Origin: a bacterium
GTDB lineage: Bacteria; Elusimicrobiota; Elusimicrobia; UBA1565; UBA9628
Direction: 5' to 3'
NCBI GenBank assembly: GCA_021799485.1
Contig: JAJZAK010000009.1
Coordinates: 2,850 to 66,849, forward strand
DNA: 64,000 nucleotides
Both the position numbers and the translations under genes were made by a program. This document shows positions 32,801 through 41,653 of this stretch, piece after piece (positions within the stretch are counted from its first letter, which is position 1; every line of letters begins with the position of its first letter). The notes under the pieces were generated by a model that saw only the letters and a list, made by a program, of their open reading frames with translations, was not told the origin of the DNA and searched no databases.

Positions 32801-34078
32801 GCCGTCCGAGCCCGGAGGATTCGTTCCCTGGAAACCGAAAACGACGGTCCCGCTCGCGAAGGAGACGTTCGCGGAGGAGAAAAGAATATAGCCGTCCTTG
32901 ATCATGCCCGTCGCCTGCACGCCCAAGGACACGCTTAATTGGGAGAAGTTCAGGTTGTAGCTTTGTATTGGCGCCGAGGCGTTCGGGGCCAACGAGAAGT
33001 TGCTGCATGCGCTGGGCATGGCGCACGGGGAGTTGAAGGTCACGGTGGAGCCGGTCTGCAGGGAGCCGGAGGCCGCGACATAGGTGGTCGTGATCGTGCC
33101 GAGCCCGCCAAAAAGGTAGACGCCGCCGTCCGCCTGCAGCGTGGCCGTGTGAAGGGCCTTGTACTCCTCCATGGGTTGGCCCAGCGTGACGCTGCCGGAG
33201 GTCGGGTCATAGATTTCCGTTCCAGCGAGATAGCCGCCGGGGCCGGGGCCGGTGGTCGAGTCGCCCGGATTGGCGATGCCGCCGGCGATGAGGACCTGGT
33301 TGTCGCCCATCAAGGTCGCCGTGTGATAGGCCCGATGGACGGAGAGGGGGGTGGAGGCGCTGAAGGCGTTGGCCGACGGATCGTAAAGTTCGGTCGAGAG
33401 AAGAAATCCGTCGGTCGAGTTGTAGCCGCCCGCAATGAAGACGCGGCCGTCGGAGAGAAGCGTCGCGGTGTGGCCCGTGCGTTGGGTGGTCATTGTGATC
33501 AGAGAAGTATTGAACGCCCCGGGCGCTCCACTAAAGGAGCAATTGGGATCGTTGGCCGGAAGGGGAAGCGAGGCCGAGGGGGTAAACATCTCGCAGCTTT
33601 GATGAAAGGTCGGCGTGTTGTCCTGCCCGCCGCAGACGAGGACGGAGCCATTAGACAGAAGGGTCGCCGTGTGGTCGTAGCGGGCTTTCGTCAGGGGGAT
33701 CGTCGTTCCATACATGCAGTGATAGACGGGATTGTAGACCTCGGCGGTATTGCTGACTCCCGTAGGCGAACAACTGTTGCCGCTGCAATAGACGCCGCCC
33801 ACCAGCAAGACGTCGCCGTTCGGCAGCAACGTGGCCGTATGCGAAGCCCGCGCGACGGACATGGTCGCCGAAAGTGTCGTGGCGCTTCCGTTGTTGGCGT
33901 TGATCAACACGATTTGATTGGAGAGTCCGCTCGTCGTTGAATAACCGCCCGTCAGGAGGATGTTGTCGTCCGGAAGAAGCGTCGCGGTTTGGTCGGCGAG
34001 GGTTTGGGCCGCCGCCGAAATCGCAAAAAATGCGGAGGAGAAGGCGGCGCAGGCAAGGACGGCCTTTGTCACGCGCAT
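29801..34078 (-). CDS. Giant secreted protein: ~13 Kelch-like blades (two beta-propellers) + Ig/FN3-like region + C-terminal T9SS/FlgD-Ig-like sorting domain
   Basis: Signal peptide; recurring HTATLLxxGxVLVxGG blades; C-terminus IYPNPFYPSRSLDMTF...LWNGSNASGQPVASGLYLAVIQSNGGSQIHKIVILR matches Por-secretion/FlgD-Ig CTD consensus. Confidence 0.8.
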   Translation of the reverse strand: MRVTKAVLACAAFSSAFFAISAAAQTLADQTATLLPDDNILLTGGYSTTSGLSNQIVLINANNGSATTLSATMSVARASHTATLLPNGDVLLVGGVYCSGNSCSPTGVSNTAEVYNPVYHCMYGTTIPLTKARYDHTATLLSNGSVLVCGGQDNTPTFHQSCEMFTPSASLPLPANDPNCSFSGAPGAFNTSLITMTTQRTGHTATLLSDGRVFIAGGYNSTDGFLLSTELYDPSANAFSASTPLSVHRAYHTATLMGDNQVLIAGGIANPGDSTTGPGPGGYLAGTEIYDPTSGSVTLGQPMEEYKALHTATLQADGGVYLFGGLGTITTTYVAASGSLQTGSTVTFNSPCAMPSACSNFSLAPNASAPIQSYNLNFSQLSVSLGVQATGMIKDGYILFSSANVSFASGTVVFGFQGTNPPGSDGGQGTSCSNLQGAAVCLAGVRVTCGSSGNCGQITLNNISLSAMSDTMACGASGCGTVYVSTTPVGTDPNNVGGAVSAYIDLTGKNYSVAIATIVINSMIFGDEEQYSPAANTWTFANHPNYGSIESYGHAAVLRPNDSILATGGLTCSAAVPTIAPCSPANQNLRTLLYYRSFATGSASLQTARANHTSTLLSSGTILTAGGENVSGFLNSAEILNPNGNSVTATGSMSYPRALHTATLLVNGNVLVAGGQTDVGGSTQTTATAEIYFSALGAWAMTGSMQNARQNHGMLLLPDGTVLVAGGNQLGGSYLSSAEVYASTTGLWSATASLPYSASNLAMTLLRDGAVLACGGINAGGPVKNAAIYTPGSGWVSVDPMPAALYNHQATLLPDGRVLVTGGDNGGGETSSSYIFNPNMPSGSQWSATGPLQTPRFGHNAVALPDGEVWVIGGAQGSGIIANPDADEFFDPYTQSWSTYTFEIKQGRIGHTTVLAPNGYLYVIGGSGGGSNYLNSIESGYFTSFPDALTAGAPPSIRQPAVTGSNASSFYPGNSFTLTGSNFQGMTEGSSGGGAGSNSFFYGPRLSLQALAGSGGGPQGGGGFTVDLSTELYYGPAAITPWNLINSSLTAVMGAAYPPPLSDTLPLGWYQLRVGANAQFSNGYIVQAGPLKPAAAPTNIMGSTLTATAIQWTWNPVSQLPGYPVDGYDVYDSSTGLWIATVAVSGAPSYVQTNAVPGSPNAIIVAAYNLSGDGPSAASPAVITATASASCSAPPGEICGIVYPTTINNVTGSLGDGELVQLTIPAGSFATSYSSIEVLAAAPSPLPCGSLGTGIAVALSTVYPGANIQPTGSLQLVMSYTSAELPQPTSEYSVMRYDPVGKQCHPVPTTFDSATNLVTATIDQLATYEVTQIQPASTLGPVEIYPNPFYPSRSLDMTFANLPSGSRLRIFTTRGLRVLDVSVGATGTYLWNGSNASGQPVASGLYLAVIQSNGGSQIHKIVILR

Positions 34079-34189
34079 AGTAGTAGGATGGCGGCTAACG
34101 GCGCAGCAGCCGAAGCTTACCAGCCGGATTGTTACAAAAAGATAGCGATTTTAATAAGAAGCGTTAAGGGTGTTGAAAGACTGCCGGGG

Positions 34190-34555
34190 CTATTCGGCGC
34201 TTTCTTGGAGGTTCTTCGGAAGATCCTCGATCTTGGCGGCGAGGATGAAATCGTTTTCCGACAGGCCCCCGATGGCATGGGTCCAAAGCTCGACGGCAAG
34301 CCGGCGGTATTCCGTCAGGTGGATGTCCGGATGATGGCCCTCCGCCTCGGCGACGTCCTTGATCCGGACGATGAGGTCGACGGCGCTCGTAAAATCCTTC
34401 ATGAGCAGATTGCGGCGAATGCGCCTGCCGTCACCCGAGATCCGCCATGCCGGCAGGGCCGCGAGGTATTCCCGGGCGCGCGCGACGTTGAGAGGCGGCG
34501 CGCCTCCGGAGCAGGGCTTGCACCGGCCGAAGCGAAGAGCTTCAACGAGAGTCAT
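34190..34555 (-). CDS. Pterin-4a-carbinolamine dehydratase (PCD/PhhB)
   Basis: ...EGHHPDIHLTEYRRLAVELWTHAIGGLSENDFILAAKIE conserved PCD core; ORF 34190..34798 trimmed (N-terminal extension is low-complexity). Confidence 0.8.
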   Translation of the reverse strand: MTLVEALRFGRCKPCSGGAPPLNVARAREYLAALPAWRISGDGRRIRRNLLMKDFTSAVDLIVRIKDVAEAEGHHPDIHLTEYRRLAVELWTHAIGGLSENDFILAAKIEDLPKNLQESAE

Positions 34556-35705
34556 CGCGATGGGCTTTTCGCAACGTCTCGACCAGGGCCGCGACGGCCT
34601 TCGGAGCGTCCGCCCGGGCCACGGGGCGAAGATCCTTGCAGGCAAAGAGCGTCGGCCTGTCGCAGGGGAGCAGCTTGTGGGCCTGCAGGTAGTCCTGGTC
34701 GTCGGGATGGACGAAGGAGATGATTTTTCTGGGGAGATAGTGGCGGTTGAGGGCCGCGAGCAGCGGCGCCCGGTCCTCGGGCTTGGCCACAAGCTCAAAA
34801 TCCATGCGGCCGCGGCTCAAGAGCTCCCAGACGCGGGCAAGACGCGCCTCCCGCGGCGAGGCGAGCTTCGACCAGAGGCCCTTGATGCCCCAGGCGGCCC
34901 AATCCGAGTAATGCTTGTTTCCTTTGAGTTCGGAGAGCCGCCAGGCGCCCTCGAGGGCGACGGCGTTCTCGTGGAGGACGAGCCGGTCGCTCCCTGCCGC
35001 GGCGGATGGGTCCATGAAGCCGCCGCGTTCCCGGTCCCAAAGCTCTTGAAAAAGCTCCCGCAGAAGCTCCTCGGCGGCCTCGCGATGGGGCCTGTGGCCG
35101 GAGGTCAGGAAGGACTCCGTCAGAGCAAGGATGCTCCATGCGTGTTCCGCGAGGGCCGGGGAGCGGGCGGGGCCGCCGTTGAGGGGGGCGTCCGGCGCGC
35201 TCCCGTCCGTCAGGCGGGAAAGCATGCGGTCCGCCGCCGCCAAGTAGTCGGGCCGCGGGCAGCAGGCGTTGGCGCGCAGGAAGGCCAGGGCGAGGACGGC
35301 CTCCGTCCGCGGAGCGGCATCTCCCAGCCAGGCGTTCTCGTTGCGCAGAAGGTGCTCCATGAGTCCGATTCCGATTTCCTTTAACAACGGCTCCTGGGTC
35401 AGGGCGTGAACGTCCCAGACATGCTTGGCGGTCACGGCGGATTCGGCGAGGTTTTTCCATCCGGGCCCTTCCGACTGGCGGGCGCTGGCCGCCAGGTCGA
35501 GGACAAGACGGCCTCGGGCGGCCTCGGCATGCGGAGAGGCCCATTCCGCCGCGGCGAACAGCGCTAAGTCCACCGCCCCGGCGATTCTCGATATCGGGCC
35601 GGGCTTGCGCAGGATGTTCGAAAGCGCCTTTCGGCTCCATCCCGCCGACGGGCTATCGACGGGCAGATCGTTCCCGACGGCTCCGGTCCAGACTGAATTT
35701 TTCAT
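34542..35705 (-). CDS. Six-hairpin-glycosidase-like / DUF255 C-terminal-domain protein (thioredoxin-domain-protein family, lacking the Trx domain)
   Basis: Alpha-helical repeat composition; resembles C-terminal (alpha/alpha)6 half of DUF255 proteins; start chosen to abut GDPD stop rather than overlap 130 nt. Confidence 0.4.
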   Translation of the reverse strand: MKNSVWTGAVGNDLPVDSPSAGWSRKALSNILRKPGPISRIAGAVDLALFAAAEWASPHAEAARGRLVLDLAASARQSEGPGWKNLAESAVTAKHVWDVHALTQEPLLKEIGIGLMEHLLRNENAWLGDAAPRTEAVLALAFLRANACCPRPDYLAAADRMLSRLTDGSAPDAPLNGGPARSPALAEHAWSILALTESFLTSGHRPHREAAEELLRELFQELWDRERGGFMDPSAAAGSDRLVLHENAVALEGAWRLSELKGNKHYSDWAAWGIKGLWSKLASPREARLARVWELLSRGRMDFELVAKPEDRAPLLAALNRHYLPRKIISFVHPDDQDYLQAHKLLPCDRPTLFACKDLRPVARADAPKAVAALVETLRKAHRDDSR

Positions 35706-35706
35706 C

Positions 35707-36498
35707 TTAGAGGTGGGGATGGCGGCAGTCTCGGAGAAGGCTCGGATCATTCGCGAAGACGCCGTCGACGCCCAGGAAACGCAGGCGCCGGCCTTGCGCC
35801 GCCGAGAGGACGGTGTAAGCCAGGACGCGAAGGCCATGCTTGTGGGCGGAGCGCACGCTCGCGGCGGTCGTCTGCCGTAGGCTAAGATGGAGGCTTTCCG
35901 CTTTCAGCTCTTTCGTGTCTTTCAAGGCTCTGATCGTCGGCGTACGACCTAATAAATAGCCGATCCGCGCCGAAAAATCAACTCTTCGCACCTCGAAGAG
36001 GGCTTGATGGTCGAAGCTCGATATGACGCTGTCTCTCAGCCCGCCCATCTCCTTGAGGAGACGCACCGCGCGAGCCTCGATTCCGGGATAATAGCGCGAT
36101 CCCTGCTTGAGTTCGAGATGGACGGCCGCGCGGCCGAGGAGAAGTTCGAGCGTCTCGCGCAGCGTGGGAACCCGTTCTCCCGCGAACTGGGGGCCAAACC
36201 ATGATCCGGCATCCAGGCTCCTAATGCGCGAGGCGTCGAGGTCCTTGACGAGGGCGTCGAGGCCGCAGGTGCGCTTTAAGTTCTCGTCGTGAATGACGAG
36301 CAGTTCGCCATCGCGGCTTTGGTGCACGTCGAACTCAACCGCTTTGGCGCCCATCTCGATGGCCCGCCGGAAGCTGGAGAGGGTGTTTTCCGGGGCCAAG
36401 GCGCTCGCGCCCCGATGGGCGACGATCAAAAAACTAGCCACAGCGAGCCAGGCGATCGGAGAAACGATCGAAGACCGACTCCGGAATTTCGACGCCAA
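35707..36498 (-). CDS. Glycerophosphodiester phosphodiesterase family protein
   Basis: HRG motif (LIVAHRGAS), EFDVHQSRDGELLVIHD; alternative GTG/TTG starts at 36441/36429 would remove overlap with PHP gene. Confidence 0.8.
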   Translation of the reverse strand: MASKFRSRSSIVSPIAWLAVASFLIVAHRGASALAPENTLSSFRRAIEMGAKAVEFDVHQSRDGELLVIHDENLKRTCGLDALVKDLDASRIRSLDAGSWFGPQFAGERVPTLRETLELLLGRAAVHLELKQGSRYYPGIEARAVRLLKEMGGLRDSVISSFDHQALFEVRRVDFSARIGYLLGRTPTIRALKDTKELKAESLHLSLRQTTAASVRSAHKHGLRVLAYTVLSAAQGRRLRFLGVDGVFANDPSLLRDCRHPHL

Positions 36499-37312
36499 GC
36501 GGCCGGTCCCGGCCCGTCCCGGGGCCGTGGAAGTCGGAGCCGCCGGTCGAGAGGAGGTTGAACCCAGCCGCGACGCCAGCCCAGTGCTTCCGCTCCTCTT
36601 CCGAAAAGGCCGCGTAGTAGGATTCGATGCCTTCCAGACCTGCCCGGACCCATTCGGGAAGATGCTTGAGAGCCGTTTTGGCCGTCTTGGGATGAGCCAG
36701 GCTCGCGAATCCCCCGGCGTCGCGGATAAGAGCGATCGCTTCCTCGGGGGTCGGGCCCAAGGGCTCCGCGAATCCGGGACGGCCCCGAGACAGGTATTTC
36801 TCGAAGGCCTCCGAACGCGTGCGCACGATCCCCTTGCGCCGCATCAGGTCGGCCACGTGCGGCCTTCCGAGGGGGGAGTCGGGAGAGGAAGGAAGTTCCT
36901 CGGGAGAAAGCGGGAGGCCCAGCTCGCGCAGTCGGCGCATGATGGCGTCGACGCGGTCCCGGCGCCGGCTGCGGAAACGCGACAGGGCCGCGAGAAAGGA
37001 GGGATCCTGGGCGCGAATTCCGTAGCCAAGGAAGTGGACCTGGCCTTCGGGATAGTTGGAGTTGATCTCGATGCCGAGGGAAAAATGAATTTTCGCCGCC
37101 GTCGCCGCGGCCGCGGCCTCCTCAAGGCCCGCGACCGTATCGTGATCCGTGAGAATCAGGAGGTCGAGCTTCGAGGCTTCGGCGCGCTTGACGACTTTCT
37201 GGGGGGGGAGGGTCCCGTCCGAGTGACGGGAATGAGTGTGGCAGTCGAAGCGCTTCAATCGAGCTTTTCCTAGACCGTGACGACCTCCTTGATTTCCGGG
37301 ACGGCCTCGCAC
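36434..37312 (-). CDS. PHP-domain phosphoesterase (TrpH/YciV-like)
   Basis: FDCHTHSRHSDG, ILTDHDT motifs; alternative TTG start at 37258 (GGAAAAG upstream) would end 43-nt overlap with nfu. Confidence 0.75.
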   Translation of the reverse strand: MRGRPGNQGGRHGLGKARLKRFDCHTHSRHSDGTLPPQKVVKRAEASKLDLLILTDHDTVAGLEEAAAAATAAKIHFSLGIEINSNYPEGQVHFLGYGIRAQDPSFLAALSRFRSRRRDRVDAIMRRLRELGLPLSPEELPSSPDSPLGRPHVADLMRRKGIVRTRSEAFEKYLSRGRPGFAEPLGPTPEEAIALIRDAGGFASLAHPKTAKTALKHLPEWVRAGLEGIESYYAAFSEEERKHWAGVAAGFNLLSTGGSDFHGPGTGRDRPLGVEIPESVFDRFSDRLARCG

Positions 37313-37545
37313 ATGGCGCGCTCGACGCCGCCTTTGAGGGTCGCCATGGAGCTCGGGCAGGAGCCGCAGGCGCCGTGGAGCGCGACCTCGGCAGTCCCGG
37401 TTTCCTCGCGAATCGCGACAAGGGTGATGTCGCCGCCATCGGATTGGATATAGGGCCGGATCCGGGCGAGGACCGATTCCACGCGGTCCTTGAGAGAGGC
37501 GGGGGCGGACTGGCTGGGCTGGACGGGGTTCGTCGGGTCTTCCAT
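37270..37545 (-). CDS. NifU-like (Nfu) Fe-S cluster carrier domain protein
   Basis: ...VALHGACGSCPSS... CxxC of Nfu C-terminal domain; AAGGAG SD 7 nt upstream of chosen ATG. Confidence 0.8.
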   Translation of the reverse strand: MEDPTNPVQPSQSAPASLKDRVESVLARIRPYIQSDGGDITLVAIREETGTAEVALHGACGSCPSSMATLKGGVERAMCEAVPEIKEVVTV

Positions 37546-37555
37546 GGCGGGCTCC

Positions 37556-38026
37556 TTATCGCATCGGCAAGGGCCGGCCGGGCGGCATAAATTCAACGCG
37601 CGCGGTCGCGGGCTCCCCGCGGATCAAGTCTTCGAGCGTGGTGCTCGAGAAAAATTCGGTGAGGAGGGCGCCCAGGCGCCGCCAAAGGGGGGACAGCGAG
37701 CACCCGGACTGGTGGTGGCATTCGCGCGGGGCGTCGGCGTATTTCGAGCAGACGTCCTCGAAAATCGAGCCATCGAGGGCGATCACGATGCGGTTCAAAG
37801 TGATCTCATGGGGCGGCCTTGCGAGGACGTATCCCCCGCTGGAGCCGCGGCGGCTCGAGATCACGCCCGCGCTTTTAAGCTTCCAAAGGATCTGATTCGT
37901 GTAGTCGAGGGGGATGTTCTCCTCGCGCGCGAGCTTCTCGGCCGAGAGGGGGGCGTCCCCGTCCGCCTTCGCGATCGCGGCCATGAGCCGCATGCCATAT
38001 TCCAGCGAGCTCGTGATCCTCATCAA
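37556..38026 (-). CDS. Rrf2 family transcriptional regulator (IscR/SufR-like)
   Basis: N-terminal wHTH (YGMRLMAAIAK...PLSAEKLAREENIP), C-terminal Cys cluster (C...CHHQSGC) for Fe-S sensing. Confidence 0.8.
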   Translation of the reverse strand: MMRITSSLEYGMRLMAAIAKADGDAPLSAEKLAREENIPLDYTNQILWKLKSAGVISSRRGSSGGYVLARPPHEITLNRIVIALDGSIFEDVCSKYADAPRECHHQSGCSLSPLWRRLGALLTEFFSSTTLEDLIRGEPATARVEFMPPGRPLPMR

Positions 38027-38343
38027 TAGATTCCCAGCTGGTCCTTGGCCTCCTCCGAGGCCATTGTTTTTGGATCCCAGAGAGGGTCGAAGGTGAGGTC
38101 CACGTCCACGTCCTTGACGCCGGGGAGTTTCGCCACGGCTTGATGGATCGAGGCGAGCAGCATCGGGCCGTAGGGGCAGGCGGGCGAGGTAAGGCTCATC
38201 ACCACCTTGACGGCGTCGCCGCCTTCCGCCGCTCCCGATTTAACCTCCGCTCCGTAGACGAGCCCCAGGTCCACGACGCTGATGTGGATCTCCGGGTCCG
38301 CGACCGGCTTTAACGCTTCTCCGATTTCCTTAAAAGTCGGCAT
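38023..38343 (-). CDS. sufT: DUF59 / SufT-like Fe-S assembly protein
   Basis: ...ISVVDLGLVYG...VVMSLTSPACPYGPML... typical MIP18/DUF59; AAGGA SD. Confidence 0.75.
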   Translation of the reverse strand: MPTFKEIGEALKPVADPEIHISVVDLGLVYGAEVKSGAAEGGDAVKVVMSLTSPACPYGPMLLASIHQAVAKLPGVKDVDVDLTFDPLWDPKTMASEEAKDQLGIY

Positions 38344-38345
38344 GT

Positions 38346-38843
38346 CTATTTTTCCTTGAATTCCGTCGAGGCCGCGCCGTCGGAGGGCGCTTTGAGGCCC
38401 TCGAGGAGCGTATTCCAGGCGAGGGTCGCGCATTTGACCCGCATCGGGTACTTGCGCACCCCTTCGAAGGCCCGCGCCTCGCCCAGGCGCTCGGGAAGGG
38501 CTTCCGGCGGGGTTTCCCGCAGCATCATGGACTTGAAGGCTCTGGCAAGCTCGCGGGCCTCGGCGACGCTCAGGCCTTCCATGGCTTCGGCCATCATGGC
38601 CGAGGAGGCCTGGCTGATCACGCAGCCGTGGCCCGAGTAGCGGAGCCGGGCCAGGCGTCGGCCCTCCTGGACGCCGTCCTTCGTCAAGGACGCCGAGATC
38701 TCGATTTCGTCTCCGCACACGGGATTGACGCCGTGGGAGTGGATGTCCGCTTCCGCGATCGCTCCCTTGTGGGCCGCGCTCTTGAAATAGTCCAGGAGCA
38801 CGTCCCGGTAGAGGTCCTGGAGCTCCGAGTCGCCTTCGGCCAT
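38346..38843 (-). CDS. sufU: SufU-type Fe-S scaffold / sulfur acceptor (NifU N-terminal family)
   Basis: VCGDEIEIS, GHGCVISQASSAMMAE, KCATLAWNTL motifs. Confidence 0.8.
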   Translation of the reverse strand: MAEGDSELQDLYRDVLLDYFKSAAHKGAIAEADIHSHGVNPVCGDEIEISASLTKDGVQEGRRLARLRYSGHGCVISQASSAMMAEAMEGLSVAEARELARAFKSMMLRETPPEALPERLGEARAFEGVRKYPMRVKCATLAWNTLLEGLKAPSDGAASTEFKEK

Positions 38844-38851
38844 GGGAAGTC

Positions 38852-40093
38852 TTAGGCGATCGCCTCCTCCTTTTTGAAGAATCGCGCGGCCTTGGAGACG
38901 GCCGCGGCCAGGAGGTCGATCTCCTCCAGGGTGTTGTAGAGATAAAAGCTCGCGCGCACGGTGCCTGGGATCTTGAGCTTGGCCATCAGGGGCTGGCAGC
39001 AATGATGTCCGGCGCGCACGGCGATGCCCTCCAGGTCGATGGCCGTGCTCGCGTCGTGAGGGTGGAGCCCCGCGATGTTAAAGGAGACGAGGCAGGCCTG
39101 GCGGTCGAGGTCCTTCGGGCCGTACATCTCGACCTCGGGCATCGAACCCAGGACGGAAAGCGCCCGGCCGAGCAAGGCCCGCTCGTGACGCTCGATCTCA
39201 TCGAAGCCAACGCCCCGGAGGTAGTCGATCGCGGCGTCGAAGGCGGCGGCGTCGGCGATGTTCGGAGTGCCGGCTTCGAATTTATAGGGCAGGACGTTAT
39301 AGGTCGAATGATCGAGAAAGACCTGCCTGATCATGTCGCCGCCGCCGAGAAAAGGATCCATCGCCTCGAGGATATCCTCCTTGCCGTAGAGGACGCCGAT
39401 CCCCGTCGGCCCCAGCATCTTGTGGGCCGAGAAGGCGAGGAAGTCGCAGCTCCAGGCCCGGACGTCGATGGGGCGGTGCGGAGCCCACTGGGCGGCGTCG
39501 ATCAGGGTTTTCGCGCCGATCGAGCGCGCCATCGCGAGGATCTTATCGATGGGGCTGACCGATCCCAGGGCGTTCGAGAGGGCGGAAAAGGCGATGAGCT
39601 TGATCCTCGGGGAGAGCATCTGCCGCGCCGAGTCGACGTCCAGCGTGCCGTCGTGGGCGAGCGGGATGAAGCGCAGCTTCACGCCTTTCTCCCGGGCGAT
39701 CATCTGCCAGGGGACCAGATTGGAGTGGTGCTCGATCTCCGTCAGGAGGATCTCGTCGCCTTCCTTAAGGAATTTGCGGCCCCAAGCGTGGGCGACGAGG
39801 TTGATCGACTCGGTCGTGTTCCGCGTGAAGATGACGCAGTGGGCATGGCGCGCGCCGATGAGGGAGGCGACTTTGGCGCGAGTCGTCTCCACAAGGTTCG
39901 TCGCCTCCTCGGAGAGCTCGTGGACGCCGCGGTGAACGTTGGCGTTGTGGCGCTCATAGAAGGAGACCAGCGACTCGATCACGGCGCGGGGCTTCTGCGT
40001 CGTGGCGGCGTTGTCCAGGTAGACGAGGGGCTTGCCCCTCACGCGGCGCGAGAGGATGGGGAAATCCTTGCGAATTTTAGCGGGATCAATCAT
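38852..40093 (-). CDS. sufS: Cysteine desulfurase SufS (group II)
   Basis: PLP-lysine SAHKMLGPTGIG, RAGHHCCQPL active-site loop; ORF trimmed to MIDPAKIRKDFPIL. Confidence 0.9.
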   Translation of the reverse strand: MIDPAKIRKDFPILSRRVRGKPLVYLDNAATTQKPRAVIESLVSFYERHNANVHRGVHELSEEATNLVETTRAKVASLIGARHAHCVIFTRNTTESINLVAHAWGRKFLKEGDEILLTEIEHHSNLVPWQMIAREKGVKLRFIPLAHDGTLDVDSARQMLSPRIKLIAFSALSNALGSVSPIDKILAMARSIGAKTLIDAAQWAPHRPIDVRAWSCDFLAFSAHKMLGPTGIGVLYGKEDILEAMDPFLGGGDMIRQVFLDHSTYNVLPYKFEAGTPNIADAAAFDAAIDYLRGVGFDEIERHERALLGRALSVLGSMPEVEMYGPKDLDRQACLVSFNIAGLHPHDASTAIDLEGIAVRAGHHCCQPLMAKLKIPGTVRASFYLYNTLEEIDLLAAAVSKAARFFKKEEAIA

Positions 40094-40400
40094 GGCTTGT
40101 CTCGATGAGCACGTCGTCTCCCTCCACCTTGACGGGGAAGGTCCTGATGGGCGCGATGGCGGGCATGCGCGTGGCCTCGCCCGTGCGGATGTCGAAGCGG
40201 GCCCCGTGGCGGGGGCATTCAACCTCGAAATCCTCGAGGGGGCCGTTGTCGAGGGAGCCTTCGTCGTGGGAGCAGACGTCCTCGACGGCGTAGAGCTTGC
40301 CCGCGGCGTTGAAAAGGATCACCCGCGTCTCCCCAACTAGGACGATCGCGCGCCCGCCGGGCGGGATGCCGGAGAGCTTGGCGGCCTTGACGAGCGTCAT
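40086..40400 (-). CDS. Rieske [2Fe-2S] domain protein embedded in suf operon
   Basis: CSHDEGSL ... CPRHGARF Rieske boxes; 104 aa. Confidence 0.8.
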   Translation of the reverse strand: MTLVKAAKLSGIPPGGRAIVLVGETRVILFNAAGKLYAVEDVCSHDEGSLDNGPLEDFEVECPRHGARFDIRTGEATRMPAIAPIRTFPVKVEGDDVLIETSHD

Positions 40401-41653
40401 GAGAGGGCTTGCTCCCGCAACTTTTGCGCGATGCGATCCTCGAGCCGGCTCGCGAGTTCCGGAGAATGGATCTGGCCGAGGAGAGGCGAGAAAAAACCCA
40501 TGACCAGGGTTTCCTGCGCTTCCTCGGGCGAGAGGCCGCGGCTTTCGACATAGAAGAGGTCCTCGGGATCCGGAGCCCCCGCCGTCGCCCCATGCTTGCA
40601 GCGGACGGAGTCGGTGAGGATCTCGAGAAGAGGCGTCGTGTCCGCGCGCGCCGAGTCGGAAAGAAGGAGATTATGGTTTTCCTGGTAGGCGTCCGAATCG
40701 GAAGCCGTCTTCTCGATGCGGACGAGCCCCGTGTAGACGGCGCGGGCGCGGTCCTTGAGCGCGGCGTTAAAAAGGAGGCGGCTCTGCGTCTTGGGAGCGT
40801 CGTGGACCTGGCGCGAATGGAAGTCGAATTTCTGAGTCCCTGATCCCATGAGCGCTCCCCACAGAGAGGCTCCGGCGCCGGTTCCGCGCAGGCGGACCTC
40901 CAGGTCGCTTTTGTGGAGGGCGCCGCCAAGGATCAGCGAAGCGTGCGCCAGAGTGGCGGAAGACTCAATTTCGGCTGTCTGCCGCCAGAACGTCCGCGAG
41001 GCCATGGGCAGATCCTGGAGATAGAAATGCTTGACGCTCGCTCCGGCGCCCAGGAAAAGCCTTGAGAAGGAAAGGACGGCGGGCGCCTGGGACGCCGACG
41101 GCCCGTTGGAGGAAGCTCCGACATGCTCCTCAATGACAATCGCGCGGCTTTCCGGGGCCGCGAAGATCGAGAATCGCGGAAAGGCGAAGCCGTCTGAGGC
41201 CCGCGCCGTGACCCGCACCACCGTCTCGGAATCGGCGGCCGGAGGGATGAAGACCATTAGGTCCTTGGCCGCTAGCGCCCGGCTGAGGAATTCGATCTTC
41301 GCGTAGGAGCCGACCGGATCGGCTTCGAGGACGCGCCGCGCCTGCGCCGCGAATCGAGAATCGCGCAGGGCATCCTCCAGGGAAAGGACGACGGCCTCCG
41401 GCGGCGCGACGATGGAGAGTTCGCCTCCGTCCAGTTCCGGGCGGCCTCCTCGGTCCTTGAGCCGGTCGAGCCCGAGGGAGGCGTAGTCCGTTCGGCGCCA
41501 CTCCGGGGCGCTCGGGAGCGGCGGCTCCGCCGAAAGATAGGCGTTCCAGGCATCCTCTCTCGATGGAATCGCGGCGGACGGATGGCGCTTGGGGGACGGT
41601 TGGCCGTTGACCGTCGCGGGATCGCTCACGCCGCGGCTGGAGAGAAGGCTCAT
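40397..41653 (-). CDS. sufD: Fe-S cluster assembly protein SufD
   Basis: SufBD-fold C-terminal region; ATGA overlap with sufB stop; long ORF 40397..42358 trimmed because its upstream part is antisense to sufB. Confidence 0.85.
   Translation of the reverse strand: MSLLSSRGVSDPATVNGQPSPKRHPSAAIPSREDAWNAYLSAEPPLPSAPEWRRTDYASLGLDRLKDRGGRPELDGGELSIVAPPEAVVLSLEDALRDSRFAAQARRVLEADPVGSYAKIEFLSRALAAKDLMVFIPPAADSETVVRVTARASDGFAFPRFSIFAAPESRAIVIEEHVGASSNGPSASQAPAVLSFSRLFLGAGASVKHFYLQDLPMASRTFWRQTAEIESSATLAHASLILGGALHKSDLEVRLRGTGAGASLWGALMGSGTQKFDFHSRQVHDAPKTQSRLLFNAALKDRARAVYTGLVRIEKTASDSDAYQENHNLLLSDSARADTTPLLEILTDSVRCKHGATAGAPDPEDLFYVESRGLSPEEAQETLVMGFFSPLLGQIHSPELASRLEDRIAQKLREQALS

Noticed and set aside
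34359-35640. 341-aa + ORF and 281-aa minus ORF overlapping the DUF255-like and PCD genes
   Set aside because: Out-of-frame/antisense, Arg/Pro/Gly-rich, no domain signal.
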